A DNA stretch of 64,000 nucleotides from Macrostomum lignano (lineage: Eukaryota), in contig NIVC01002702.1 in assembly GCA_002269645.1 (NCBI GenBank), positions 1 to 64,000 of the forward strand, written 5' to 3'. Shown piece after piece: positions 1 through 8,838 of the stretch. Below the pieces are notes generated by a model. The model was not told where the DNA came from. It saw nothing but the letters and a program-made list of their open reading frames with translations, and did no database searches. Made by a program: the position numbers and the translations under genes. How positions within the stretch are numbered: position 1 is the stretch's first letter; the number at the start of each line of letters is the position of its first letter.

Positions 1-574
1 CGAGATCAGCTAGACAAGGAGTCTGTGGAGACCTACGGGGACGAGCTGCTGGAGTTGGTGCGCAATGCCTTCCCCACCGCGGATGCCGACACCAGGACAG
101 AGCTGGCGAAAGACAGATTTCTAAAAGGCGTTCGAGTAACCGACACTGTCCGAGAAAGACTGTACCTGCAGCAGCGGGCCAACCTCACCGATGCATTCGA
201 ACAGTAAGACAACTTGAAGCAGCCCAGAAGGCGTCTTCGACCCAGTCCAAAGCCAGACCCAGGGCTGGGCTGAATGCCTTTGCCACCGAAACGTCGACAG
301 GTGACACCGGCAAAGACGAGGAGCTACGCAACTGCGTCAAAAAGTAAAAGAAAATGAAGAAAAGATCCGACGGATGGAGCAGATGCAGCAGGGCCAGCAG
401 GAGCCGCCCGAACCCGGCCTTCAAGACAAGCAACAATCCAAGCAGGCGGCTCCGTCCAGCTCGAAGCAGCGTAGCGGTGTCAAGTGCTACAACTGCGGGG
501 AGATAGGCCATCTCTCATTCCAGTGCCCAAAGCCGGGAAAAGGCAAGAGGGGCCCACCAGCTGGAGGCAAGTGA
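1..574 (+). pseudogene. gag: gag C-terminal part (capsid C-terminus, coiled coil, CCHC nucleocapsid), broken by 1-bp indels
   Basis: 25-207 reads as a capsid-like helix (ELAKDRFLKGV). 374-574 has CYNCGEIGHLSFQC (CX2CX4HX4C). Frame switches near 195, 330 and 360 would join the pieces. Confidence 0.85.
535..541 (+). promoter_or_regulatory. Candidate -1 ribosomal frameshift heptamer G GGA AAA
   Basis: X XXY YYZ pattern in the gag frame (ccG GGA AAA), just after the zinc knuckle and before the gag stop at 572-574. The -1 frame is the long open frame 484-1911. Confidence 0.55.
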
Positions 575-630
575 GCCCTGCAATTCGTCAGCCTCCGAAC
601 AAGCCGTCATCTCATCTCATCATCATCAAA

Positions 631-1700
631 CGCCCGGTACCGCATCTCATCAGCCTCCAGTGTCCGGTACTGCGCCTCATCAGAATCCAGTGTCCGGTAC
701 TGCGCCTCATCAGCCTCCAGCGTCCGGTACTGCGCCTCATCAGCATCCAGTGTCCGGTACCGCGCTTCATCAGCCTCCAGTGTCCGGTACTGCGTCTCGT
801 CAGCCTCCAGTGTCCGGTACAGTACCTCATCAGCATCCAGTGTCCGGTACTGCGGCTCATCAGCATCCAGTGTCCGGTACTGCGCCTCATCAGCATCCAG
901 TGTCCGGTACAGCGTCTCATCAGCCTCCAGTGTCCGGTACTGCGTCTCATCAGCATCCAGTGTCCGGTACTGCGCCTCATCAGCATCCAGTGTCCGGTAC
1001 AGCGTCTCATCAGCCTCCAGTGTCCGGTACTGCGTCTCATCAGCATCCAGTGTTCGGTACAGTACCTCATCAGCATCCAGTGTCCGGTACTGCGCCTCAT
1101 CAGCATCCAGTGTCCGGTACTGCGCCTCATCAGCATCCAGTGTCCGGTACTGCGTCTCATCAGCATCCAGTGTCCGGTACAGTGCCTCATCAGCCCCCAG
1201 TGTCCGGTACAGTATCTCATCAGCATCCAGTGTCCGGTACTGCGTCTCATCAGCCTCCAGTGTCCGGTACAGTATCTCATCAGCATCCAGTGTCCGGTAC
1301 TGCGTCTCATCAGCCTCCAGTGTCCGGTACTGCGCCTCATCAGCATCCAGTGTCCGGTACAGCGTCTCATCAGCCTCCAGTGTCCGGTACTGCGTCTCAT
1401 CAGCCTCCAGTGTCCGGTACAGTATCTCATCAGCATCCAGTGTCCGGTACTGCGTCTCATCAGCCTCCAGTGTCCGGTACAGTATCATCAGCATCCAGTG
1501 TCCGGTACTGCGTCTCATCAGCATCCAGTGTCCGGTACTGCGTCTCATCAGCATCCAGTGTCCGGTACTGCGTCTCATCAGCCTCTAGTGTCCGGTACTG
1601 CGTCTCATCAGCCTCCAGTGTCCGGTACAGCGTCTCATCAGCCTCCAGTGTCCGGTACAGTGCCTCATCCCCCCAGCGTCCGGTACTGCACCTCACCATC
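631..1700 (+). repeat. 30-bp tandem array (about 35 copies, CAGCATCCAGTGTCCGGTACTGCGCCTCAT) at the gag-pol junction
   Basis: 30-nt periodicity is directly visible. Two units are 2 nt short (near 1485 and 1670). Confidence 0.97.
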
Positions 1701-1810
1701 AACTAGCCGGTTTTGCACAGTCGCAGCGCCCAATCACCGTCAACGCACCTCAGTCAATTCAAATCAATCCTGCGTCGATATATGTTACGGCCTCAATCGC
1801 AGGGCGGAGG

Positions 1811-4800
1811 GTGAACGCGCTAGTGGACTCGGGAGCTTCCTGCACCATTATCTCACGGGAAGCTTACCAAAGTATGCCGAAACAGAGCGTCAGAGATTTG
1901 GCCGGTGCTGAAGGCTACGTTAGCTTAGCAAACGGCAGCCCGATCGAAATCGAGAGGACAGTCCTGTTGCGACTGTCAATCGCTGATAAAGTAATAGATA
2001 CTCCAGCCTTGGTAGTCAGCGGAGTGAAGTACCAACTGGTATTGGGATCCGACTTCTGCAGGGACAACAGTTGCGTCATCGACTACAAGACAGCTGTCTT
2101 TTCAGTGCAGGACACTGCAATCCCGTTCCGATGGCAAGCTGAGCGCCCGATCGTTTGCAGAATTTTGGCGACAAGGTCCAGCACAATACCGCCAGGTCAT
2201 CAAGCAGTGCTGTCAGCAAGGCTGGAGAGCAAAGGACGACGGAACAGAGGGTGTGTCGGTCTAACTGAGAATCTCGGGGCGAACGATTTGGCAGCTGGCC
2301 GCTGGCTTGCTAAGGCCTTAGTGATCCCAAATAGCGGCAGCCGTCTGCCGACTCGACTCATCAATATCACGGAGGAGCCAGTCAGAATTCGCCAAGGTTG
2401 TACGCTCGGGTGGTTCTGCCCCCTAGAATCCACCGAACCGTTGAACACCATCAAGCTCTTAGCCGTAGAGTCAGGAGACGATCCACAGGAAGAGCCGAAG
2501 TTCCAAGGCAGCGACAGCCCTTCGGAAGCAGACTTGCTACCAAACTCGTACGGCGACTGTGGACTGTCGACGAAAGAAGACGAAGAATTTAGAATCCTTG
2601 TCCGGAGTTACGGCGATGTGTTCACGACCAAGCAGACTTCAAGCAAGTTAACTACCGTGGTGGAGCATGAAATTAACACCGAGAATGCGCGCCCAATCAA
2701 GATCCCACCGCGTCGTCTGCCTCCCCACTTACAGCCAGAAGTAGATCGTCAAGTCAACGAGTTGCTGGAAAAGGGGCAGATCGAAGAAGCACAGTCACCA
2801 TGGTGCTTTCCTTTGGTGTGCGTAAAGAAGAAATCAGGGGAAATGAGGATGTGCGTCGATTATCGGAAGTTGAATGAGGTCACCGTCAAGGATGCAGTGC
2901 CGATGCCGAGGGTCGATGATGCGCTGGAGGCAGTACACGGCGCCAAGATCTTCTCGACAATGGACCTTCACAGCGGGTTTTGGCAAGTAGGGGTGAGACC
3001 TCAGGATCAGGACAAGACGGCGTTTGCAGTGCCGCATCGCGGACAATTTCGATGGAAGGTTATGCCGTTCGGCTTAGTGAACAGCCCAGCAACATTCACC
3101 AGGTTGATGGCAGCCGTTTTGGACAAGCAGATGTGGAAAACCTGTCTCGTCTACATCGACGATCTACTGGTTTGGTCAACCGACGTGGATGAACACCTGA
3201 GAAGACTGGAGGAAATATTCAGCAAGTTGCGGCAAGCAAATTTGTGCCTGAAGCCCCAGAAGTGTCACTTTTTGCAAAAGCAAGTGAAATTTCTCGGTCA
3301 CACGCTGTCGGCTGCTGGCATCAGTACCGATGAGGAGAAAGTTCAAGAAGTGAAGAACTGGCCAACACCGCGATCCTCGACGGAGCTGCATTCATTCTTG
3401 GGCCTGTGTGGCTATTACAGAAAGTTTATTAAAGATTTCGCCGCAATAGCAGCGCCTCTAACTCGGTTGACAACAAAAGACGCAAAGTTTGAATGGAAAA
3501 CGGAACAGCAGCTGGCGTTCGAAACATTGAAGGAACGAATGACAAGTTCAGAGGTTATGGCTCATCCGGATTTCTCCCCGGATGCCGGAGAGTTTATCCT
3601 CGATACTGATGGCAGTTCGAAGATGGGCATAGGAGCGGTACTTTCTCAAGTCCAGCCAGATGGAGCAGAACGAGTGATCGCCTATGGGTCCAAGACACTA
3701 AATCAAGCCGAACGCAACTATTGTACGACTCGTTTAGAACTACTAGCGGTTGTGACTTTCATCATGAAGTTCAGATACTATCTGCTGGGAAAAGCGTTCT
3801 GTCTGCGAACGGACCACAGCAGCCTGCAATGGTTAAAAAACTTCAGTGACGCCGAGGGACAGGTTGCTCGCTGGTTGGAGAAGTTGGCTCCATTTCAGTA
3901 CCGCATCGTTCACAGACCAGGTCGATCGCATGGCAACGCGGACGCAATGTCGAGGAAGCCAGTACGGAGACATTTCGGAGCGGAGACATGCCCGGCATGT
4001 GCGCAGCATCCAGAAGGACTAAATGCAGTCGAATTTGAACGATTCTCAGCCGGCAATCTGGCAAGCGAGCAGGATCAAGACGACGATTTGAGAACAGTAA
4101 AGGAAGCGCTTGGCTCAAACTTATTTCCAGATAAAAGCGAGACAGCTTGGAGTCCACTGGCTAGAGCCGTCTGGACTCGAAAAGACGACCTGGTGCTGCA
4201 AGAGAACGTGCTCCTTGTGAGAAACAAAGACAGGCGCGATGAGTATCAAATGGTGCTGCCACGAAAGGCATTGGATCGTATCTTGAAAACCCTACACGAG
4301 GGAGTGGGAGGTGGCCACATGGGCTTTGCGAAGACAAAATTTAAAGTGCTTCAGCGCTACTGGCGTCCAGGATTGTCTCGTGCCATTGAAGAATATATTC
4401 GCGGTTGTGCCACCTGCTGCAAGTCAAAGCCGGGCAAGCGAAACCGAGCACCCCTGCAACCGTTGACATTCGCAGCACCATTCGATTGCGTCATGATGGA
4501 CATTGTCGGGCCGCTACCGCGGAGTAAGGCTGGAAACATTTATCTCCTGACAGTCCAAGATTCGTTTACGAAGTGGCCTGACGCGTACCCGCTTCGCAAC
4601 CAGAAGGCAAGGACGGTGGCAAGGGCGCTTTTCAATCGATGGATTAGCCAGCATGGATGTCCGAGTACTTTGCACAGTGACCAAGGAAGGAACTTCGAAT
4701 CGCAAGTGATGCGCGAAATGTGCAGGATACTCGAGATCCGCAAGTCCAGAACCACAGCTTATCATCCGAGCGGAAATGGACAAGTAGAAAACTTCAATAA

Positions 4801-5596
4801 AAGTTTAAAATCCATCCTCAAGTGCTGCCTAGAGGACTCAGGACGAAACGACTGGGAAGAATTCGTCAGCTCTGCGTTAATGGCGTACCGATCAAGCGTG
4901 CATCGAGCAACGGGTTATACTCCCCACTACATGGTCTATGGCACGGAGATGCGCCTACCGATAGACTTGACTGACCAGCCGCCACAGCCTGTCGATTCGC
5001 ATGTAAATTTCGTCAAGGAGCTAGAAGACAAATTGCAGACAGCTCATCGCGCTGCTCGACAGCAGTTGAATACTTATCAGCGGCGACAGAAGGACCAGTA
5101 CGATAAAAGAACCCGAGGATCCGATATTCAGGAGGGTGACCATGTCTTCGTCTACAGCCCCGCCCTGAAACCAGACGAAGCCGCAAAGTTTCACGTAAGC
5201 TGGCTCGGCCCAGTGAAGGTGCTCGAAAGAAGATCCGAGGTGCTCTTCAAAGTGGAAAACCCGTCAAATCGTAAAAAGTCGAAGTTCGTCCACTTCAACA
5301 ACCTCCGGAAGTTCGCTCGACCGGCCGCCCTGGAAACACCAGTTAGGACCGCGGCACCGCCGGAGGTGGTCGACGAGACGGACTCGGAGACAGAGGCGGA
5401 ATGCGAGACTTGGACTCGGCCTCAACTGATGCCGCCACAGGACGCCGAGGAAGTCGCCGAGGTGCTGGAAGAGCAGATGGAGTTGGTTGACGACCCGCAG
5501 CCTACTCATAACCCGGTGGAAGCTGCACCTGAGCCTCGAAGGTCCGGAAGGTTGCGACGGCCGCCGGATCGCTACGGCCAGCCAGTGACATTCTAA
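1811..5596 (+). CDS. pol: Pol polyprotein: aspartic protease, RT, RNase H, integrase (frame is open upstream to about 1675)
   Basis: ALVDSGAS (protease); MPFGLVNSPATF and YIDD (RT); DTDGS and RTDHSSL (RNase H); H-X6-H...C-X2-C (IN zinc finger); DIVGPLP, LHSDQGRNF and GQVENFN (DDE); GPY/F-like tail. 1261 aa with no stop and no chromodomain. Confidence 0.97.
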   Translation: MNALVDSGASCTIISREAYQSMPKQSVRDLAGAEGYVSLANGSPIEIERTVLLRLSIADKVIDTPALVVSGVKYQLVLGSDFCRDNSCVIDYKTAVFSVQDTAIPFRWQAERPIVCRILATRSSTIPPGHQAVLSARLESKGRRNRGCVGLTENLGANDLAAGRWLAKALVIPNSGSRLPTRLINITEEPVRIRQGCTLGWFCPLESTEPLNTIKLLAVESGDDPQEEPKFQGSDSPSEADLLPNSYGDCGLSTKEDEEFRILVRSYGDVFTTKQTSSKLTTVVEHEINTENARPIKIPPRRLPPHLQPEVDRQVNELLEKGQIEEAQSPWCFPLVCVKKKSGEMRMCVDYRKLNEVTVKDAVPMPRVDDALEAVHGAKIFSTMDLHSGFWQVGVRPQDQDKTAFAVPHRGQFRWKVMPFGLVNSPATFTRLMAAVLDKQMWKTCLVYIDDLLVWSTDVDEHLRRLEEIFSKLRQANLCLKPQKCHFLQKQVKFLGHTLSAAGISTDEEKVQEVKNWPTPRSSTELHSFLGLCGYYRKFIKDFAAIAAPLTRLTTKDAKFEWKTEQQLAFETLKERMTSSEVMAHPDFSPDAGEFILDTDGSSKMGIGAVLSQVQPDGAERVIAYGSKTLNQAERNYCTTRLELLAVVTFIMKFRYYLLGKAFCLRTDHSSLQWLKNFSDAEGQVARWLEKLAPFQYRIVHRPGRSHGNADAMSRKPVRRHFGAETCPACAQHPEGLNAVEFERFSAGNLASEQDQDDDLRTVKEALGSNLFPDKSETAWSPLARAVWTRKDDLVLQENVLLVRNKDRRDEYQMVLPRKALDRILKTLHEGVGGGHMGFAKTKFKVLQRYWRPGLSRAIEEYIRGCATCCKSKPGKRNRAPLQPLTFAAPFDCVMMDIVGPLPRSKAGNIYLLTVQDSFTKWPDAYPLRNQKARTVARALFNRWISQHGCPSTLHSDQGRNFESQVMREMCRILEIRKSRTTAYHPSGNGQVENFNKSLKSILKCCLEDSGRNDWEEFVSSALMAYRSSVHRATGYTPHYMVYGTEMRLPIDLTDQPPQPVDSHVNFVKELEDKLQTAHRAARQQLNTYQRRQKDQYDKRTRGSDIQEGDHVFVYSPALKPDEAAKFHVSWLGPVKVLERRSEVLFKVENPSNRKKSKFVHFNNLRKFARPAALETPVRTAAPPEVVDETDSETEAECETWTRPQLMPPQDAEEVAEVLEEQMELVDDPQPTHNPVEAAPEPRRSGRLRRPPDRYGQPVTF

Positions 5597-5670
5597 TGGG
5601 TTACTCGTCATCGTGAAGTCTCATCAGTTTCATATGCGATTATCGTTAAAAGCCAGAAAAATATTTCGCG

Positions 5671-5774
5671 AATGCGTCATTCATCATAAATACGAGTACT
5701 TCATCAATGCATCATTCATCATGAGTACGAGCAGTTCGCCAATGCGTCATTCAAGAAATTCGTTAATGCGTCAT
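5671..5774 (+). promoter_or_regulatory. Cluster of AATGCGTCAT motifs between pol and the J-domain ORF (possible internal promoter/enhancer)
   Basis: Exact copies at 5671, 5741 and 5765, and a variant AATGCATCAT at 5706. The reverse complement TGACGCA is CRE/AP-1-like. Function is inferred. Confidence 0.3.
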
Positions 5775-6019
5775 TAAGTCATTTTAATCGCATCTTCATC
5801 GAAGTTTTGACGAGAATCAAATTTTGCCTACAAAATCTATGCATCGGTGGAGGGTATTTGGACTGGCATCCGGTGACAACTCGAATTTGCGCTGGGACTT
5901 TACGATGCAGGGTACCGCGGGCCACGGTCCGAGGAGATGACGCTCTGGCAAGAGGGGAGCAGGAGTAGAATCTGGAGTCAGGGACAGTGTGTTGCAGGTT
6001 TGAGTACGTTGCTTTGCAG

Positions 6020-7534
6020 ATGGATTTGTACGCTGTCCTCCAAGTCGGACACACAGCCGAACGTGCCGAGATCAGGCGAGTCTATCGACAGCTAGCGCTC
6101 TTCTGGCACCCGGACAAGCACCCGGACAAGGAACTCGCAGGACGCCGTTTCCAAGAAATTGAGGCTGCTGGTAGAATTCTATCGTGTCCATATCGCCGAG
6201 CGATGTACGACCAGTTGGGCGATAAATCAATCCCGTATGACGAGGCTGTAACCTTCGCAATGACGTTCATACCTCCTACTGGTGTAAGAATGCCGGCGGA
6301 CATCGAAGAGGGAGTACAGCAAAGGCGAGAAGTTGAAGAAGCTCAGCGCAAGGAAGCTGGTCTCAGGCAGGGGAGACAGGGACAGAGGAACGATTACGAA
6401 GCGGATGGCTACATTCTAATCTCGGACGACGATGAGAGCGAGGAGTCGGATGAGTGTAGCATCGACACAGAAGAAGAAGACGAGTTGCTGGCATCGGATG
6501 GCTCCTCCGGAAGTAGTGAGTCAGAAGCTATGGAGATCGATGTACCGGAAAGCAAGGAGGTTGTCTCACATCGCGCGTCGGGAGCAATGTGGGATGATGA
6601 AAAGCTGTCGTTATCGGCAGCTGCGCGTCAGCTCCGCCATCGTTTGATGAAGCATATTTTGGCTGGACAGTCGGACGGAATCGTGTCAGTGCTCACGGCT
6701 ATGAGACGGCTGTTTCGAGACTCGCAGCGAGAACCGAGGAGCGCACTGTCAATGGTCCTGCTGCAGGCGTTGTTCTTCATCCGCAGAGATATCGCTCCGG
6801 TAAAGCGTCAGAGAGCAGGCCGCCGTTACTGGTCTAGGCAGAGTTTTGATTGTTTCGTCCGACAGCTCTGTCACGAGCTCATCCCGCTGTTCGGTTTGCG
6901 CCGGCCCGGCAGGCTGCTCGAGGTCCTGAAAAGCTGCGTCGGTCTCCCTGGACTTCGGGTTCGCTGGGGTGCCCAGTTCCGATTCATACTGTATTTTCTG
7001 CTTACTTGTATGTATGTTGTTACGCTCGTACTGTATGGGTTTATTTGCACGCTAGTGGGGTCAAGCTTCCTGGGGGAATGGCTCAGCAGCTGTGCGGCGG
7101 CCACGTGCGCTTCCTGCCGGCTTCTGCGGCGGCCACCTGCGCTTCCTGCCGGCTTCTGCGGCGGCCACCTGCGCTTCCTGCCGGCTTCTGCGGCGGCCAC
7201 GTGCGCTTCCCGCCCGGCCATCTGCGCGCCTCGCCGGCCGCCTTCGCGTCTTGCCGGCCACCTGCGTGCCCTGTCGGCCATCTGCGCGTCCTGTCGGCAA
7301 CCTGCGTGCCCTGTCGGCCATCTGCGCGTCCTGTCGGCAACCTGCGCTTCCTGTCGGCCATCTGCGCGTCCTGTCGGCAACCTGCGTGCCCTGTCGGCCA
7401 TCTGCGCGTCCTGTCGGCAACCTGCGCTTCCTGCCCGGCCATCTGCGCGTCCTGTCGGCAACCTGCGCGTCCCGCCCGGCCATCTGCTCGTCCTGCCGGC
7501 CGCCTGCGATGGTTTTCTGTGCCGCCAGCTTTGA
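6020..7534 (+). CDS. J-domain (DnaJ/Hsp40-type) protein inside the retrotransposon: N-terminal J-domain, acidic tract, helical region, hydrophobic segment, repeat-derived tail
   Basis: MDLYAVLQV...EIRRVYRQLALFWHPDKHPDK...RRFQEIEAAGRILS...RRAMYDQLG matches the J-domain pattern with an intact HPD motif. ATG at 6020 directly follows gctttgcag. Confidence 0.85.
   Translation: MDLYAVLQVGHTAERAEIRRVYRQLALFWHPDKHPDKELAGRRFQEIEAAGRILSCPYRRAMYDQLGDKSIPYDEAVTFAMTFIPPTGVRMPADIEEGVQQRREVEEAQRKEAGLRQGRQGQRNDYEADGYILISDDDESEESDECSIDTEEEDELLASDGSSGSSESEAMEIDVPESKEVVSHRASGAMWDDEKLSLSAAARQLRHRLMKHILAGQSDGIVSVLTAMRRLFRDSQREPRSALSMVLLQALFFIRRDIAPVKRQRAGRRYWSRQSFDCFVRQLCHELIPLFGLRRPGRLLEVLKSCVGLPGLRVRWGAQFRFILYFLLTCMYVVTLVLYGFICTLVGSSFLGEWLSSCAAATCASCRLLRRPPALPAGFCGGHLRFLPASAAATCASRPAICAPRRPPSRLAGHLRALSAICASCRQPACPVGHLRVLSATCASCRPSARPVGNLRALSAICASCRQPALPARPSARPVGNLRVPPGHLLVLPAACDGFLCRQL
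7090..7500 (+). repeat. GC-rich about 20-bp modular tandem repeat (CTGCGCGTCCTGTCGGCAAC-like) in the 3' end of the J-domain ORF
   Basis: Periodic sequence giving overlapping low-complexity ORFs in all frames. Confidence 0.9.
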
Positions 7535-7752
7535 AAGCCTATTCCGTGCCCCGTGGTTGCTCCTGACGAACTCGCGTGCAGAATACTAGTACCTTTTTCA
7601 TATTTCTCTTGCGGCAACCTTTTTTTTTGCTTTTCCCTGTTGCATTAGTTTGTTCCCAATTTTTTTTGTTGTTTTAGATTTTTTTTGCTTTGTTATTTAA
7701 AAAATTTGGAATCCCAGTCGCCGTGGTTCGAGCTCCGCCCTGTTTTTTTTGT

Positions 7753-7764
7753 AGGAGGGGAGGG
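7753..7764 (+). promoter_or_regulatory. Polypurine tract (AGGAGGGGAGGG)
   Basis: Pure purine run immediately before TGTAG at 7765. Confidence 0.8.
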
Positions 7765-8660
7765 TGTAGTGCATGCGCCCTTGTCAGTTGGCAGGGCGCG
7801 TTGCACTTTGGGGCTGGTTGGGGGGGTTGGCGGGCGTGGCAGGGTCTGGCCCCGGCCGGGCTTTGCGCGTGCCCCTCCCCAGCCGTGCCCCTGCCCCGTG
7901 CTCAGGGCTGGTTGGCTGCGGCCGGGCCAGCTTTGGCGCGGGTGCAGCCCCTCCCCCCTTAGGCGGGGTTTTGATTGGCTGGGCCGGCGTGGTTTGTTTT
8001 GGTGAGCTTAGCCGGTGGGGCCGTCTGCCCCAGGGTTTGGGTGCTATTTATGGTGCGACTCTGGCTCTTGCCCGCCTCCTGCGTGCTTTTTGTGTTTTGG
8101 TGTGCTCCGAGAGTGCAAGCGCGAGACCTGATAAAAGAAACAGCAACATTAGCTACTTCGATAAAAGAAACAGCAACATTAGCTACTTGGATAAAAGGAA
8201 CACAATAGCCTAATTGAGAAGAGTCTTGGAGAATTAAGAAGAAGTCGGAAACTGCGCTTGAGACCTGCGAATAATAAACGGTGAACAGTCATCTGGCCAC
8301 TGGTAAGCCGCCTGCTGTTTGAGTCCTTTCTTTCCGGGAAGCTTGCTAGGCCGTATTCTTGCCAGAGCGTCATAACGCCGGGAGACCATATAGCTTCTGT
8401 AGTACGGTACCGTTTACCATATATATTGCGTACGCCCTACGGTATAGAGAATAGAAGCACTCGAGAGTGTCACCACACCTCGAGCCGCAGCGTGAACTCT
8501 GAGTGTCACAACACCAGAGGGATCGAATTATTATCGCAGAGCGTCGCCACGCCTGCTCGTCGTATTCATAAAAGTACAGACAGAGCGTCACAACACCTGT
8601 TATATCACATATAATATATATTGTACTCGGGACTGGGTACCCAAGCCGACCCGGGTTACA
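7765..8660 (+). repeat. 3' LTR (about 896 bp)
   Basis: Starts TGTA right after the PPT and ends GGGTTACA. Contains a 30-bp duplication at 8130-8190, AATAAA near 8273 and a TATA-like stretch near 8610. The 5' LTR is not in the window for comparison. Confidence 0.75.
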
Positions 8661-8838
8661 ACACCACCATACCCTCTCCTCCTTTCCCCTCCATACCCTC
8701 CTTAAATTTTCAACCCATTTTTTATCTCTACTCTAATTCACTAACAACTTAATAAACATTTTAAGTTTCCTGTTTACTTTATTTATTTAACAAACTAAAT
8801 TACTATATAGTATAGATAGGATGTACATGCAATTTCAG

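Larger units (their letters stand above)
1..8660 (+). mobile_element. Ty3/Gypsy LTR retrotransposon, 3' portion (5' LTR and gag start lie left of the window), with an extra J-domain ORF
   Basis: Order is gag zinc knuckle, then PR-RT-RNaseH-IN (Gypsy order), extra ORF, polypurine tract, and an LTR bounded by TGTA...TACA. Confidence 0.95.

Noticed and set aside
5100-5596. Chromodomain at the end of integrase
   Set aside because: The tail is acidic and low-complexity, with no aromatic-cage pattern.
6107-6130. HPDKHPDK exact 12-bp duplication as a functional novelty
   Set aside because: It is close to the usual HPDKNPD loop, and a single copy cannot show significance.
6020-7534. Extra ORF as env, or as an Rb-binding T-antigen mimic
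   Set aside because: No signal peptide or env-like ectodomain is evident. There is no LxCxE motif (QLCHE is L-C-x-E only).
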